The notes: generated by a model from the letters alone, not told the origin. Shown: positions 9,796 to 18,910, counted from the first letter of the stretch. The stretch is 64,000 nt of DNA from Candidatus Moraniibacteriota bacterium (GCA_030679895.1 JAUXSN010000039.1:34128-98127), one strand, 5' to 3'. Program-made: numbers and translations.

Positions 9796-10871
9796 AAATG
9801 CTTTCAGAAAAAAAATTTGAAAATAGATTTTATATTTTTGGGCTCGCTATCTTGTTTTGTGGGTTGATGTTTTTCAGTTTTTCTGAAAAAGCCGAAGCAA
9901 AAACCGTGACTGACGGAAATCTTGCCATAACTTATAGCGATCCTTTGTTTGCAGTTACGAACGCGGTGCCGGGACAAACCTATTTTTCAGATATGACAGT
10001 GGAAAATTTGGGCGGAGCGGACAGAAAATTCCAATTTGAACTGAATATTGCGGCGAGTTCCAGCAATCTGACGGAAAGGCTTTTTCTCAAAATATACAGC
10101 CTTGACGAAATCGGCAAGGAATATTGCGAATACGGCTGCTTGGCAAACGAGGACATTAAGAGTCTTGACGGAGGCGAATTTGAAATAAAGACAATGCCTG
10201 GAAATTCCACGAAAAATTTCCGCTTCGCGCTGGCTTTTGATCCCGACGCGGGAAATGATTTTCAGAACGTGAGCGCCGGGTTTGATATGAAAATAGGATT
10301 TGAGGATGAATTTCAGGGAGTTACTGGCGGCGGAGGGGGAGGCAATGGAGCTACCGCGGCCGGAACAGCTCCGACGGGATTTTTGACATCGCTGTTTTCT
10401 GCCGTTTCCACGGGGACGACAGCCGGAGCAGAAACAGAAGGAGAAATGCCGCAAGGGCAGGAAGGCGAAGTTAAAGGTGAAGAAACAACGCCGGGACAAG
10501 TCGAGGGTATTTCAGTGTCATCCTGCCAAAGTTGGCCGAAATGGATTTGGGTTTTGATGCTGATTGCTTATTTCGCCGCGTTTTTGTGGCGGACATTTTC
10601 GAATTTATCGGGGCAGATTGAGAAGCGCGAAATGAGATGGGGATGGCAGGCAATTTTGGCAGGCGTGGCGTTTCTTGTCTGGTATTTCTTTGACAAGTGC
10701 CGTGAGTTTCAATGGTTTGTGATCATCGCTCTTGTCGGCGGCGCAGTGGTTTATCTTTTTTATCTTTATTTGTTCAGGAATAATATTCGCGAAGAGCACG
10801 CGGATATAGAAAGCGGATCCGGCCAAGAACCGCCGGAAAATCCAACTGATCAGGCGTCGCCGATTGTATAG
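9792..10871 (+). CDS. Secreted TasA-like/Ig protein with C-terminal membrane anchor
   Basis: Signal peptide; VPGQ and AGNDFQN motifs shared with the TasA paralogues; Gly/Thr linker; three C-terminal TMs. Confidence 0.65.
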   Translation: MKMLSEKKFENRFYIFGLAILFCGLMFFSFSEKAEAKTVTDGNLAITYSDPLFAVTNAVPGQTYFSDMTVENLGGADRKFQFELNIAASSSNLTERLFLKIYSLDEIGKEYCEYGCLANEDIKSLDGGEFEIKTMPGNSTKNFRFALAFDPDAGNDFQNVSAGFDMKIGFEDEFQGVTGGGGGGNGATAAGTAPTGFLTSLFSAVSTGTTAGAETEGEMPQGQEGEVKGEETTPGQVEGISVSSCQSWPKWIWVLMLIAYFAAFLWRTFSNLSGQIEKREMRWGWQAILAGVAFLVWYFFDKCREFQWFVIIALVGGAVVYLFYLYLFRNNIREEHADIESGSGQEPPENPTDQASPIV

Positions 10872-10905
10872 ATAACCAGCCAAAAATTAGTTTTATAAAA
10901 TAAAT

Positions 10906-10954
10906 TTCAAGAAAAACAACCCCGACGTTGCATCGGGGTTGTTTTTTGTTAACC
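10906..10954 (+). terminator. Conserved terminator-like repeat, copy 1
   Basis: ttcaagaaaaacaacccc-loop-ggggttgttttttgttaacc. Confidence 0.75.
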
Positions 10955-11099
10955 TTGTAAAAAATCCCCACCAGGGGCGGGGATTAGTTTAGAGGATTGG
11001 GAATTCTGTGATATATTTGGATTAGCAATGGCAATGATTTGATGCTATAGTTAAATCTGCCTTGTATTTAAGGCTAAACTCTAGCGAGAATGCAATTCT

Positions 11100-12590
11100 A
11101 TGAATGATGATTTGAATATTTTTTTAGCAAAATTTGATATATCGGAGAAGGACTTTGAATCCACAAATTTGAAGTGGGAAGATCTGCAATCCATAAAAGA
11201 AGATTATAAAAAAATCAAAAAAGAATTATATCTTATCGCCAGGTATATAGAGGAAAAATTGCACACTTTGGACATAGTGCATTCAGTCAGATATAGGATA
11301 AAAGACTCCGAACATCTTTTAGCCAAGATCATAAGAAAGAAAATTGAGGATCCGCATCGCGAGATCACGATCCGCAACTATAAATCTTCGATAACGGATC
11401 TAATCGGGATAAGAGCCATTCATCTGTTCAAGGAAGACTGGGTGTTTATTCATAAATTCATAGAGGAAAATTGGGATTTGAACGAGCAACCACTTGCTTA
11501 TATTAGGGAAGGAGACGCAGCTCCTTGTGTCGAGGAATACGAAAAGTATAAATGCAATATCGAATTGCATCCCCATGGCTATAGGTCGGTTCATTACCTG
11601 ATCCGCTCATGTCCCGGCAAGGATCCCTATATTGCTGAAATACAAGTCAGAACTATTTTTGAAGAAGGATGGAGCGAAATAGATCATACGATAAAATATC
11701 CCAGTAACATCGTTAATCCTCTATTGAATAAATTTCTTGATACATTCAATGTGCTGGCCGGGAATTCTGATCAGATGGGATCTTTTGTGAGGCGCTTGAA
11801 AGATGATTTGCTGAAAGGCACAGAAAAGATTGAAGAGTATGAAAAATTGACCGAAAAGAATACGGAAATAATCAATGATCTGCAGAAAAGAATCGCGGGA
11901 ACCATTGGCGAACTCAATTCCAAGATCCGAAATGCCGAATCAAAAATAAATGCTTTGACCTCTCGCGGAATTGCCGCGGAACCATTCAAGAATATTCTCA
12001 GCGAAGTGAGGGTCAAAGCTTCCAGATTTGAGCTAATGATGGCCGCCAATCCTCATGAAGCGGCAAATCTTCTCGAATCAGCCGAACAAAAACTGGAACG
12101 ATTGGAAAAGTTGCTCGAGATGACTATCGAAGAAGATAATCATGCAAATAATACTGATGATAATAGCGAAGAAGAAGCCGGTTCTTATAAAAATAATGTC
12201 AATCGCTTCATTCATAACTTGAAAACCATAGCGGAGCTGGAGGGAAGCATTGCGCCCAAAACGCTAACGAATGTGGAGGGGCAGGCTGATTCAGGGGCAA
12301 AAATTGAAAACGCAGTCAATGAGATCAGCAGTAGAAGCGGATTTGCAAAATTTCTTATCGGGCCAAAATATAAAGGCATCAAATCTTTGAATGTTGAGAT
12401 AGTTGCCAATCAAGCAAGAATCAAGACTCTGACTGACGCAGCGAATTCGATAACTGATCCTGCCGTGAAGTTTGTTCTGCAGAAGCAAATTGGTCTGTTC
12501 ACTCGCGAGAACAATAAGCTGCGGGCGTTTGTTGCCAAAAGAAAGCGAAGCGCAAGTTTGTTCGGGTGGGCGGCCAAGCTATTTAATTAA
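11100..12590 (+). CDS. RelA/SpoT-domain small alarmone synthetase with long C-terminal helical extension
   Basis: RIKD, DLIGIR, GYRSVHY, EIQVRT and WSEIDH synthetase motifs. Confidence 0.85.
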   Translation: MNDDLNIFLAKFDISEKDFESTNLKWEDLQSIKEDYKKIKKELYLIARYIEEKLHTLDIVHSVRYRIKDSEHLLAKIIRKKIEDPHREITIRNYKSSITDLIGIRAIHLFKEDWVFIHKFIEENWDLNEQPLAYIREGDAAPCVEEYEKYKCNIELHPHGYRSVHYLIRSCPGKDPYIAEIQVRTIFEEGWSEIDHTIKYPSNIVNPLLNKFLDTFNVLAGNSDQMGSFVRRLKDDLLKGTEKIEEYEKLTEKNTEIINDLQKRIAGTIGELNSKIRNAESKINALTSRGIAAEPFKNILSEVRVKASRFELMMAANPHEAANLLESAEQKLERLEKLLEMTIEEDNHANNTDDNSEEEAGSYKNNVNRFIHNLKTIAELEGSIAPKTLTNVEGQADSGAKIENAVNEISSRSGFAKFLIGPKYKGIKSLNVEIVANQARIKTLTDAANSITDPAVKFVLQKQIGLFTRENNKLRAFVAKRKRSASLFGWAAKLFN

Positions 12591-12595
12591 AGTTT

Positions 12596-12616
12596 CGCCA
12601 AGGTCGAACCTTGGCG
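12596..12616. repeat. REP-like palindrome just after the stop codon
   Basis: cgccaaggt-cga-accttggcg. Confidence 0.8.
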
Positions 12617-12733
12617 GGAAATCGAAACAACTCTGTCACTCGCGCGATGGGGTTGTTTTTTCATTTCCAAAAATTAAAATATCTTGAAGATAAAAATTTG
12701 CTTTTGCATAATAGAATATAGGCTTGTATCCCG

Positions 12734-12754
12734 CCCCAACATTCAATGTTGGGG
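12734..12754. repeat. REP-like palindrome
   Basis: ccccaacat-tca-atgttgggg. Confidence 0.8.
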
Positions 12755-12783
12755 TAATGAACTCTGGGAATTCACCTGCCAAG

Positions 12784-12831
12784 TTATCCACAGTATGCAA
12801 TTTAGACAGGACAAGCGAAAAGGAGTATGAT
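12784..12831 (+). promoter_or_regulatory. DnaA box plus sigma70 promoter
   Basis: TTATCCACA at 12784-12792; TAGACA-17 nt-TATGAT. Confidence 0.55.
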
Positions 12832-12862
12832 ACATACAGCGATAAAAATTAAAAATAAAAGC

Positions 12863-14551
12863 ATGAAAAAAACAGCAATGTTTGCGCTTGCGTTTGTTTT
12901 TCTCCTTGGGACAACAGGCGTAATCGCAAAAAACAACGGAGACGGCAAGAATTTTCACAAGCCTCTCCAAGTGAACAAGGAGAAAGTGAAGCATTTTGCA
13001 AAGAAACCGATTTCTAACAGCGACCGGAAAAGAGGGGATTTGCTCGAGGAGATGATAATCAAGGAAAAACCCGCCAACGTTAAACCGGCACCCACCGATC
13101 CCACTTCCGGAGGAGTGACCGGAAATCTGGGTGACCAAATGGAACCTGGCGAAGGCAAAAAATATGCCATCGTGATCGGGCTTGCCAACTATCCCGGGAC
13201 GAGCATAGTCGAAAGCGACGAGATCCTCCCTGATTTGTGCGTATCGCCAATCGCGGAAAATGACGCTTCGGTATATGAAGGGACGAACGAAGTAAAAGCC
13301 AACTGCAAAGACGGTGACAGCGTGAATATGGAAAAGACTTTGATCGAAAAATACGGCTTCGCGCCGAGCAATGTTTTTCGCTTGAGCGATTCAGAAGCCA
13401 CATTTTCTGCAATCGAAGAAAAAATAATGTACTTAGTCGGAGGAATAGATAGCAAGGAATTTAATCACACAGGAATTTTGAAACCGGAAGACGAATTAGT
13501 ATTCTTTTTCAGCGGTCATGGAGCTTTGAGTGAGGATGATAGTATTGATGGGGACATTGACGAAAATGACGATGGAGGCATTGTTGTCTATGACGAAGAG
13601 TATAGTGATGATTCATACATGAGCACAGATCCTGCGTCTACGTACGCAGCAGACTATAACAAAAATGGCTATAGTGACAGTGCCTACATCTGGGACGGCC
13701 AATTGCGAGCGTGGTTTGCGAACGCTGCCACTGACCGGATTTTCTTCGCCTTTGACACCTGCCGCGCGGAAGAAATGGATGATTTGGTATGGACGGATAT
13801 CTATAGGACCACAAAGGAACCAGACCGCGTTCTCGCTTTCTCCAGCGGGAAAGAAGAAAGTTCCTATACCTACTATCTCGGTGGGGCCAATAATAGTGGC
13901 AATATTCACGACAGCGAAGGCCTATTCTCGCACTATTTCGTTTTGCGGGCGATGTATGACGGATATGCGGACGGATTCAATCCCATCAATAAACGGAGCA
14001 AGGATCCTCTCAAATACGACGGCAAGGTGGCAGTGGAAGAAGCTTTCAGCTATGCCTATCCGCTGGTGAGAGAAGCGTCAAGCAATAACCAAACGCCGCA
14101 TCTCGATGATCTTTTCACAAATGACCTTCTGTTGGGAACGCCGCCGGAATTGGTGAAAACTGTGTATGTTTACGCAAACAATAGCGAAGAAACAGCACCT
14201 TATACTTTGAAGAGCGGCGTGAAATATCTTCTGGAAGCAAGCAAAGTTGCCGCAGCCGACGAAACTAACACGATTCGTTTTGACGCCAAATATTCAACCA
14301 ATACCACGACTGGTCTTTGGACAGATCTGGTTGATCAATCTTATGCGGACGCTACAATCTATCCAACGCTTTTGGAATTGTTTATGAACGACGCATCTGT
14401 CGATTGGGGAGAATACAACGACGAACATAAGTACAGAAAGGAAGTGACTGGCAGCGACTCTTTGCTCCCCTCCGTGAACTTCAAAATCAACGACACTGAT
14501 TATTCTGACAACAGCGAAGAGTTGCTAGTTAAAATTTATCAATTAGACTAA
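12863..14551 (+). CDS. Secreted caspase-family (peptidase C14) protein
   Basis: KKYAIVIG, FFFSGHG (His) and FDTCRA (Cys) motifs, QTP; signal peptide from MKKTAM. Confidence 0.85.
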   Translation: MKKTAMFALAFVFLLGTTGVIAKNNGDGKNFHKPLQVNKEKVKHFAKKPISNSDRKRGDLLEEMIIKEKPANVKPAPTDPTSGGVTGNLGDQMEPGEGKKYAIVIGLANYPGTSIVESDEILPDLCVSPIAENDASVYEGTNEVKANCKDGDSVNMEKTLIEKYGFAPSNVFRLSDSEATFSAIEEKIMYLVGGIDSKEFNHTGILKPEDELVFFFSGHGALSEDDSIDGDIDENDDGGIVVYDEEYSDDSYMSTDPASTYAADYNKNGYSDSAYIWDGQLRAWFANAATDRIFFAFDTCRAEEMDDLVWTDIYRTTKEPDRVLAFSSGKEESSYTYYLGGANNSGNIHDSEGLFSHYFVLRAMYDGYADGFNPINKRSKDPLKYDGKVAVEEAFSYAYPLVREASSNNQTPHLDDLFTNDLLLGTPPELVKTVYVYANNSEETAPYTLKSGVKYLLEASKVAAADETNTIRFDAKYSTNTTTGLWTDLVDQSYADATIYPTLLELFMNDASVDWGEYNDEHKYRKEVTGSDSLLPSVNFKINDTDYSDNSEELLVKIYQLD

Positions 14552-14556
14552 CGCTT

Positions 14557-14577
14557 CGCTAAGGTTCGACCTTAGCG
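14557..14577. repeat. REP-like palindrome just after the stop codon
   Basis: cgctaaggt-tcg-accttagcg. Confidence 0.8.
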
Positions 14578-14589
14578 GGAAAATAGCCG

Positions 14590-14622
14590 AAAGAGTTCCG
14601 ACATGGGGTCGGGACTCTTTTT
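14590..14622 (+). terminator. Intrinsic terminator
   Basis: aaagagttccgac-atggg-gtcgggactcttttt. Confidence 0.7.
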
Positions 14623-14660
14623 CTACTTGGAAACTCGGTTTCCAAGTAAATCGTCCTTGA

Positions 14661-14738
14661 TTTTCCTAAAGTTAAGCTTTAGGAATTCAAGAAAAACAAC
14701 CCCTTTGCTCGCGAGCAGAGGGGCTGTTTTTGTTACCC
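14661..14738 (+). repeat. REP plus terminator-like repeat, copy 2
   Basis: ttttcctaaagttaagctttaggaattcaagaaaaacaacccc...ggggctgtttttgttaccc. Confidence 0.8.
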
Positions 14739-14779
14739 GCTATTTATGATATAATATAAAAAAAATCGAATAATAAACT

Positions 14780-15478
14780 ATGTCCGATGACAATCAAAAG
14801 ATAATTGAAGAAGCTGAAGCGTTTATCAAAGAGCACAAGAAAAGTCTGATTGCTCGCTTTGCTGATCCGGAAAAGTATCATTCAGTTGAACATCCGATTT
14901 CGCTTTTTATGGCTGGCTCCCCAGGCGCTGGCAAGACCGAAGTTTCCAAGCGGCTCATTGAGCAGTTCGCTGACAACGCTCCTGTAAGAATTGATGCGGA
15001 TGATATCCGCGAAATGTTTCCGAGCTACACTGGCGTCAATTCGCATATTTTCCAGCGCGCCTGCACGACAGGCGTCAATAAGCTATTCGATTATGTTTTG
15101 GATCACAAGCTCAATGTCATCCTGGATGGAACTTTCGCCTATGAGCGGGCGATGGAAAATATCGAGCGGTCTTTGAAGCGCGATCGGCGCGTTATCATCT
15201 ATTATCTTTTTCAGGATCCGGTCATCGCTTGGAAATTCACCAAAATTCGCGAGGAAACCGAGGGTCGCCGGGTTTCAAAAGAAGTTTTTATTTGCTCTTT
15301 TCTCCGTGCTCGTGAAAATGTAAATGAGGCCAAAGCGCATTTTGGCGAAAAAATTGAATTAAACATGATTATCAAGGATTTCACCAACAATTTCGAGAAA
15401 GTTTTTTCGAATATTGGGAGTATTGATAAATATCTGCCAAGGGTGTATACTAAAAACGAACTTGAAAAAATATTATGA
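14780..15478 (+). CDS. Zeta toxin family P-loop kinase
   Basis: MAGSPGAGKT Walker A; IDADDIRE; NVILDGT; R...EGR.V. Confidence 0.85.
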   Translation: MSDDNQKIIEEAEAFIKEHKKSLIARFADPEKYHSVEHPISLFMAGSPGAGKTEVSKRLIEQFADNAPVRIDADDIREMFPSYTGVNSHIFQRACTTGVNKLFDYVLDHKLNVILDGTFAYERAMENIERSLKRDRRVIIYYLFQDPVIAWKFTKIREETEGRRVSKEVFICSFLRARENVNEAKAHFGEKIELNMIIKDFTNNFEKVFSNIGSIDKYLPRVYTKNELEKIL

Positions 15479-15660
15479 TCAAGAAAATAAAAAGCTATTT
15501 TTGCCCCAAACGCGAAGAGAAAAAGGATTTTTCTTCTTTTTTTAACCGTGCCTCAGAAGCGGAAAAGCGAAAATTGATGGAAGATGTCGCCCGAAAAGCC
15601 AACGAAGATCAGCGGAATTTGATCGAGCGATACGAACGAACCAACCACAAAATCGCCTAA
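15475..15660 (+). CDS. Small helical protein coupled to zeta toxin (candidate antitoxin)
   Basis: ATGA overlap with the toxin stop codon; 61 aa, charged. Confidence 0.6.
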   Translation: MIKKIKSYFCPKREEKKDFSSFFNRASEAEKRKLMEDVARKANEDQRNLIERYERTNHKIA

Positions 15661-15681
15661 GATATTCTTTTTGACATTAAT

Positions 15682-15778
15682 TTTTCCTAAGTATTTAGCT
15701 CTAGGAATCCAAGAAAAACAGCCCCGCCTCACCGGCGGGTTGTTTTTTTATTAACCCATCCTAACATTCAATGTTAGG
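15682..15778 (+). repeat. Degenerate REP plus terminator-like repeat (copy 3), followed by a second REP
   Basis: ttttcctaagtatttagctctaggaatccaagaaaaacagcccc...gggttgtttttttattaaccc, then cctaacat-tca-atgttagg. Confidence 0.75.
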
Positions 15779-15877
15779 GTAAATAATGTTAGGGTGAATA
15801 GGTGAAAATCTTGATATTTTGGCTCGGACGTGCTATCAAGTGTCTATCAAACCTATGCCGGGGAGGGCAAATTCATT

Positions 15878-16621
15878 ATGAAAGTAAAGGCGGTTTTGGC
15901 CGGATTCTTCGTGATTTGCGGCTTATTGTTCTTTAACAAGCCCGTAATGGCGGGTTATCAACTCAATAAAGGCCAGCTGGAGCGGGAAATCAGCGCGGCT
16001 GGGCTGCGGCTTATCGGCGAAACTGATTATTATGGCGTTCCGTGCCTTGAGGTGGAGCTTCCGCTTGACGAAGCGATTTTTCAGATCTGCCGGAAAGTTC
16101 CGACGCTGAACGCGTTCTATCTTGAAACGCGGGAAGCGATCGCCATTATGAATGGCCTCAATCCTTTTTATCCGCGGAGCCAGCGAGGCCGTCAGTTCGA
16201 TACGGTCAGAAAAACCATCCTGATTCCGCTGGATACGACCATCCAGCCCAAGCTTTTTCCTTCATCCAACGGGAACTTCGCGTCATACGCCCAGGCTATT
16301 TTTGTGGACCGGGAGAAACAAGCGCTGGCTTATTATGAACACGGCCAATTGGTTGCCTGCTTTCCCGTTTCCACGGGCCGTTCCGGAAAGGGAACTCCAG
16401 CCATGCAAGGCTGGATAAAGCTCAAGGACGAGGACCATATTTCTTCAATCTATGACGTCCTTATGCCGTTTTCACTATTACTGGCAAGCCCCTATTTTGT
16501 TCACGCAGGCGTAATGCCGGGGATGCCGGATTCAGCCGGATGCATTAGGATGTTCACGGAGCATGCCAGATGGCTTTTTGACCGAATTGAAAGCCGGAAA
16601 ACGCGGTTCAAAGTGGCTTGA
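15878..16621 (+). CDS. L,D-transpeptidase (YkuD family)
   Basis: Signal peptide; PVSTG, TP, VHAG and SAGCIRM catalytic motif. Confidence 0.85.
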   Translation: MKVKAVLAGFFVICGLLFFNKPVMAGYQLNKGQLEREISAAGLRLIGETDYYGVPCLEVELPLDEAIFQICRKVPTLNAFYLETREAIAIMNGLNPFYPRSQRGRQFDTVRKTILIPLDTTIQPKLFPSSNGNFASYAQAIFVDREKQALAYYEHGQLVACFPVSTGRSGKGTPAMQGWIKLKDEDHISSIYDVLMPFSLLLASPYFVHAGVMPGMPDSAGCIRMFTEHARWLFDRIESRKTRFKVA

Positions 16622-16655
16622 GAACAAAATCTCAATTTTGATCCGGAGGAAACAT

Positions 16656-17399
16656 ATGAAAGCAAGACTGATGATTTTTTTGTTCGCTGTCATCGCAGTA
16701 GCGCTTCCGGCCACCAACTCGCTGGCCGATTACCAACTTGACCCGAACCGGCTCCGGGCGGAACTGGCCGCGGCGGGCATCAAAGCGGGGAAACTGGGGA
16801 AAATCAGCAACATTCCCTATTTGGAAGTAGCCTTTCCAGACGGGAAAAGCGTTGACGATCTCTGCGAGATAATTTCCTCGCTCAAGGAAAATATGCCCGA
16901 GACGCGGTTGGTCATCGCCATTTCCAACCGGCTTCATCCTGATCTTATCCGGGGAAAGGAAGGCGAGCCTTTTACCACCGAACTCCGGTGGCTGAAGGTC
17001 GTTCTGGACACGAAGGTCAAGTCCAAAAATATCTTTCCCGAGTTTGACGAAAAACTGGCCGGGAAAGAGAGTCATTTCATCATTGACTTGTCGAAGCAGG
17101 TTATGACCCTCTATGAATTCGGGCAGATGACGCTCTTTCTTCCTGTGTCAACCGGAAAACCGGGCCGGGAAACGCCCAAAATCAGCGGGGTGGTTCAGGG
17201 AAAGGCCGCGGATCTCTGGATCGAAAAGTATCAGGTCGCGATGTCCTGGGTGGTGAAGCTTTCTCCAACAATATGCGTTTACGGCGGGCTGATGGACGGG
17301 ATGTTCACCACTGCCGGCAGCGTCAAGACCTACCCCAGCGAAGCGGAAAAGCTTTTCCGTCTGGCGAAGGTGGGCGTAACCAGCTTTGAAGTCCGCTAG
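16656..17399 (+). CDS. L,D-transpeptidase paralogue lacking the catalytic His and Cys
   Basis: Collinear with the upstream gene; PVSTG and ETP retained, but VYGG and TAGSVK replace HAG and GC; GGAGGA SD. Confidence 0.75.
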   Translation: MKARLMIFLFAVIAVALPATNSLADYQLDPNRLRAELAAAGIKAGKLGKISNIPYLEVAFPDGKSVDDLCEIISSLKENMPETRLVIAISNRLHPDLIRGKEGEPFTTELRWLKVVLDTKVKSKNIFPEFDEKLAGKESHFIIDLSKQVMTLYEFGQMTLFLPVSTGKPGRETPKISGVVQGKAADLWIEKYQVAMSWVVKLSPTICVYGGLMDGMFTTAGSVKTYPSEAEKLFRLAKVGVTSFEVR

Positions 17400-17403
17400 A
17401 TTT

Positions 17404-17424
17404 CGCCAAGGTCGAATCTTAGCG
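17404..17424. repeat. REP-like palindrome just after the stop codon
   Basis: cgccaaggt-cga-atcttagcg (imperfect). Confidence 0.7.
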
Positions 17425-17661
17425 GGAAAATAAAAAAACTATCAGGGAGGTGCGGATCGTTGAAGGACGAATGCCATCCATGTTGCGGGGGAAGCCGAGT
17501 CTTCCCCTGTTTTTTTTTAGCAGCTCGTTTTTCGGCGGGCTGTTTTTTTGTTCTTTAATTTAGGGAGGGAAAAATATTGTTTATTTTATTTTCGCGTGCT
17601 ATTATATTTTCGTTATAAATATTGCAAAAATATTTGAAAGTTGCCGTATTTATGCTAAGAT

Positions 17662-17734
17662 GCCGTTGTAGCTCAGTTGGCAGAGCGCATCCATGGTAAG
17701 GATGAGGTCCGCGGTTCGATTCCGCGCAACGGCT
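17662..17734 (+). tRNA. tRNA-Thr(GGT)
   Basis: Acceptor stem gccgttg/caacggc; anticodon arm catcc-atGGTaa-ggatg; GGTTCGATTCC. Confidence 0.97.
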
Positions 17735-17779
17735 CATGCGGAAAGATTTAATAAATAATTAATAATAACTAATAAAAAA

Positions 17780-18670
17780 ATGCTAAAAAAAGGAAAAACA
17801 ACGACGGTAATAATGATTGTTTTGATTGTAGCGGTGGCTGGATTTTTGTGGTATCGCAGTTCCGTCCAAAAAAGGAATACGATCCAGCCGGAGAACAGTA
17901 CCGGCGAAGCGGAAAAAAGCATTCAGGACGAGAGTTTGGCCAACAATTTGTCCAATGAAACGGACGCCAACAGCGAAGAAGCGGATCTGGAAGATACGGA
18001 TTTCAACGCCCTTTGCGAGAACGGGGAATGGATGAAAATCGCGGATTTGTCAGGAGAGATGTCAACTGCTTCCGGCAAATTGAGGAAAATTTATCCGGAT
18101 GACGAAGCCGCCGCAGAATTCGCGAGCTATTTGTTTTATCTGGAAGGAAATGACAGGATCGCCCTTTCCGGAAAAGACTTGACGAATCTTGATTATTTCG
18201 AAGACCGGGAAGTCGAGGCGCAAGGCGTGAAGGCCTCCGGCGGAAAAGCGCTTGAAGTTTCCCAGATCCGATGCGCCGGTAAAGAAACGGACAAAGATTT
18301 GATCAGCCAAAGGAACAAAGTGCTGGATTATATATCCGCGAACATCAATTCGATCGCTCCCAAAAAAGCGCCTTACCAGAAGTGGACGGTTGACATAGTT
18401 GACTTTGCGGATGAGAATAACGCGTATGTTGAATATTATGATGTAGCGGAGGATGAGGAAGATGCCGACGTACCAGTGGACACGGGCCGGAATATTTTGG
18501 TGGAAATAAGCGCCAAAACAGCCGGGAGCTATTCAGCCAAAGTGCTGGCCTATTGGGAGATGGGAGAAGACGATTATGTCTTGAAAAGCGGAACCGACAA
18601 ATTTGAAGATGTTGAAGACGTTTCTTCCTATCAATATGATTCGGAAACCAAAAAGTGGGAGAGGATATAG
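17780..18670 (+). CDS. Acidic membrane-anchored hypothetical protein
   Basis: 296-aa ORF with N-terminal TM. Confidence 0.7.
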   Translation: MLKKGKTTTVIMIVLIVAVAGFLWYRSSVQKRNTIQPENSTGEAEKSIQDESLANNLSNETDANSEEADLEDTDFNALCENGEWMKIADLSGEMSTASGKLRKIYPDDEAAAEFASYLFYLEGNDRIALSGKDLTNLDYFEDREVEAQGVKASGGKALEVSQIRCAGKETDKDLISQRNKVLDYISANINSIAPKKAPYQKWTVDIVDFADENNAYVEYYDVAEDEEDADVPVDTGRNILVEISAKTAGSYSAKVLAYWEMGEDDYVLKSGTDKFEDVEDVSSYQYDSETKKWERI

Positions 18671-18694
18671 TCTTAAATTTTAATTTAAAACATT

Positions 18695-18850
18695 GTGTCA
18701 CAAGAAAATATAGCCAAACTGCGCTGCGACGTCTGTAAGAGAGTGAATTATCAATCGACGCGCAACAAGAAAAAAATCAAGGAGAAACTGCAGCTCAAGA
18801 AATATTGCTCGAAGTGCAAAAAGCATACGCTGCATAAGGAAGCGAAATAA
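18695..18850 (+). CDS. rpmG: 50S ribosomal protein L33
   Basis: GTG start; MSQENIAKLRCDVCKRVNY...KKYCSKCKKHTLHKEAK (below the ORF-track size cutoff). Confidence 0.95.
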   Translation: MSQENIAKLRCDVCKRVNYQSTRNKKKIKEKLQLKKYCSKCKKHTLHKEAK

Positions 18851-18910
18851 ACATAGGCTGTATTTGCATAATATTCAAAGTATGTGTAACATACAGAGTT
18901 TTCGATGTAT

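Noticed and set aside
10906-17430. Canonical integron
   Set aside because: No IntI and no RYYYAAC/GTTRRRY attC boxes; reported instead as a non-canonical array
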